Shown piece by piece: positions 61,327-64,000 of a DNA stretch of 64,000 nt; position 1 is the first letter of the stretch, and each line of letters begins with the position of its first letter. The DNA lies in NCBI GenBank assembly GCA_030390025.1, contig CM059430.1, positions 67,890,001-67,954,000 of the forward strand. The letters are read 5' to 3'. Both the position numbers and the translations under genes were made by a program. This DNA comes from Squalus acanthias (lineage: Eukaryota). Under the pieces are notes generated by a model. The model worked only from the letters and a program-made list of their open reading frames with translations, ran no database searches and had not been told where the DNA came from.

Positions 61327-61530
61327 GTGCAAAACGATTAAACATTTGTTACAATTAATATTTATTTACATTAACAAATTATAACATTTGTCTTTTAAAA
61401 TGCTTTAGGCGACAGCAATTATTTGCTGCGAATGCTACCTGTAGTGTGATCTTTCGGTCACACGCTAGAGTGAGGAGGTAGGCCAATGTTCCCATACCAT
61501 AGCAATGAAATTTTTCCTAAATGACTCTAT

Positions 61531-61777
61531 TGTGGCGGATCGCCACCTAAACGGGCATGATCCACTTTTCCGGCCCTGTACAAAATATCGGGCACCTTGC
61601 CTTTAAGGCACCTTGCCTTTAAGGCAGGAGAAAAGGAGTGGGCGGGGCCTCAGGAATTTTCCAGAGAATTCTGGGAGCAGTTTTTTCAGCCATTTTGTAC
61701 CATGCAGTTGTATTAAAAAGCCTTTGTTTTCCACACATGGATTCAGTCTTAATTCGTGTTTCGCGGCAGCCTCAACA
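61531..61777 (+). mobile_element. 5' LTR of a Gypsy retrotransposon
   Basis: TGT...ACA ends, internal ATTAAA, immediately followed by a PBS. Confidence 0.75.
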
Positions 61778-61778
61778 T

Positions 61779-61791
61779 TGGTGACCCTGAC
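61779..61791 (+). promoter_or_regulatory. Primer binding site, tRNA-Trp
   Basis: TGGTGACCCTGAC versus TGGTGACCCCGAC, the complement of the vertebrate tRNA-Trp 3' end; one mismatch. Confidence 0.75.
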
Positions 61792-61817
61792 CCTCAGAAC
61801 GTATTCCGAGCACTGCA

Positions 61818-64000
61818 ATGGCTGACACGAATGCAGTTTCCGTGAAACTGCCGGAGTTTGGGAAAACCAACCCGAAGCCTCGTTTCTCCAAGCTGAATCC
61901 CGCTTCCGGTTGCTAAACATCAACACAGATGGGACGCAGTACGACTACCTCGTCACATCACTCGGTAGCGCCACAGTTTCGAAGGTTTGGACAGCACTGC
62001 AGAACCCACCATGGAAGGCAAGAATGCACATCTCAAGGCAGCGCTCCTTAAAAGATTTACAGCCTCGACATGCCAGCAAAACTGCCAGCTCCGCGACATT
62101 CCAGGCGTCGGTGTTGCCTCACCGTCAGACCTCCTCTCCCACATGCTCTCCCTCACCGATGAGAGCCCACCCGAATCCCTCTTCCGCACACTGTTCATCC
62201 GCCAGCTACCTCTCAGCATCCGCCCAGCAATCGTGGCGTCCGGCCTCACGAACCTGGAAGCCCTGGCCGATGACTCCGACAAGCTGCTGTCCGCTCACTC
62301 CAGCCACGATGTCACTCCGGACATGGCAGCCAATGCCTGGGCGCGCCCCTCACCGGCCACCACGCGGCCACAAGGACTAGCCACCAGGCCCACGGGGCCT
62401 TCGCGCCCCACTAACCCGGGCCACTGTTACTACCACGCACGGTTCGGCGCCAGGGCACAATGGTGCACACCTCCCTGCTCTTTCAAGACCGCCCCCGTAC
62501 CTGTCCCCGTGATGGCCGTGGGCCACGCGGGCTCCCTGCTGTACGTCATGGATCACAGAACCGGCCGCCGGTTCCTGTGCGAAACTGGAGCTCAGCACAG
62601 CATCATCTCGGCCTCCTCCCTCGACATCCAAAAGGGCGAACAAGGACCGGCGCTGGCTGCTGCTGATGTCTCGGAAATCAGGATGTACGGCACCCGGACA
62701 GTCACCCTCGACCTCGCTGGTCGCCACTACCGATGGGAGTTCATCACTGCCAAGGTGCTCACCCCTCTCATCAGCGCAGATTTCCTGTGTGCCCACGGCC
62801 TACAGGTAGACATCCCTCGTCACCGCCTCGTGGACATGAACACCATGTCCCACATCCTGGGCGTCATGGCCTCCCGTCAACCCGCTGACATGGTGTCACA
62901 GTGCCACGCCCGGGCCACGGATGACTACTCGGCACTCCTGGCCGAATTGCCGGCCCTTACCAATCCGACCTTCTCCGTGGAGGACGCCAAACATGGGGTG
63001 GAACACTTCATCCCCACCACAGTCCCCCCAGTGTACGCTCACGCCCGCAGGCTGGACCCGGCCAAACTGGAGATTGCGCGGACCGAGTTTGCCACCATGG
63101 AGCAGCTCAGCATCATCCACCGCTCCAACAGTCCCTGGGCCTCCCCACTCCACATTGCCCCCAAACCAGGTCGGGGTTGGCGACCCTGCGGGGATTACCA
63201 CCGCATCAACGGCGCCACCACCCCTGATCGGTACCCCGTGCCGCACATTCAGGACGTCTCGGCGAGACTGGCCGGCCGCTCAGTCTTTTCCAAGGTCGAC
63301 CTGGTGCGCTGATACAACCAAGTCCCCTCCACCTCGCGGACGTCCCCAAGACGGCCGTAATCACCCCCTTCGGCCTGTTCGTGTTCCTGCGGATGCCCTT
63401 CAGCCTCAAAAACGCAGCCCAGGCATTCCAACGGCTCATGGACTCGGTCCTTCAGGAACTGAAGTACCTGTTCACTTCCTGAACGACATCCTGGTAGCCA
63501 GTTCCTCTAAGCAGGAACACCTCGAACACCTTCGCATCCTGTTCGGGCGCCTCAGTGACCACGGGCTCATCCTCAGCCCAGCCAAATGCCAGATCAGCCT
63601 GGACAAGATCGACTACCTCGGCCACCACATCACCCATGCTGGGGCCATTCCCCTGCCCACCAAGGTGCAGGCCGTCCAACAATTTCCCCGCCCCACCACC
63701 ATCAAAGGCCTCCTGGAGTTCCTCAGGATGGTGAATTTCTATAACCGCTTCATCCCCAAAGCGGCGTCCCTCATTAGGCCCCTGTATGAAGCCCTCCGGG
63801 GCCGGAGCGGCAAGATGGCGGTCGAATGGGTGGCAGCCCCATCCACCGCCTTCGACTCCACCAAGACCGCGCTCGCCAACGCCACCCTGCTCACGCACCC
63901 ATGGCCCAATGCCAGGGTAGCGCTCACCACGGACGCCTCCGACCACGCGGTCGGCACTGTGTATGAGCAGTGGGTCGACGGCGCCTGGCAACCACTTGCC
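61818..64000 (+). mobile_element. Gypsy (CsRn1-type) gag-pol, disrupted; continues beyond the window
   Basis: NAVSVKLPEF gag start; CYYH-x9-C-x3-C knuckle; protease FLCETGA; RT SPWASPLH...WRPCGDY...DRYPVP...FSKVDL; LTTDASD RNase H start; contains frameshifts and a stop at 63310. Confidence 0.92.

Overview
Eukaryotic, intron-containing, repeat-rich vertebrate DNA, most likely from a cartilaginous fish (inferred from the CR1/L2/Penelope/Harbinger repeat landscape and the gene family; not proven). The host content is a cluster of non-rearranging Ig-superfamily receptors with a leader, a germline-joined VJ-type domain, a C1 domain, a neutral TM and a multi-tyrosine tail (SIRP-like / VJC1-type). 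Two divergently oriented genes look intact. Gene A (minus strand, 7 coding exons, 6389->1518) encodes 366 aa and gene B (plus strand, 8 coding exons, 52553->60790) encodes 387 aa; both were spliced by hand in frame with GT-AG sites. Two oppositely oriented pseudogene remnants of the family lie between them (10430-16285 minus; 20135-21716 plus). The cytoplasmic tails are built from duplicated ~35-aa phase-0 exons whose splice donors fall exactly on the Y+3 Val codon of TxYxxV motifs, a candidate splicing switch for ITSMs. The rest is mostly transposable elements: many CR1 fragments, an L2/CR1-group LINE with a tRNA-like head plus a matching SINE, a near-complete PIF/Harbinger transposon with related MITEs, two degenerate Harbinger-type Myb/SANT elements, a Penelope fragment with a minimal hammerhead ribozyme, and the 5' part of a CsRn1-type Gypsy element. 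TE boundaries are approximate unless TIR/TSD evidence is given.
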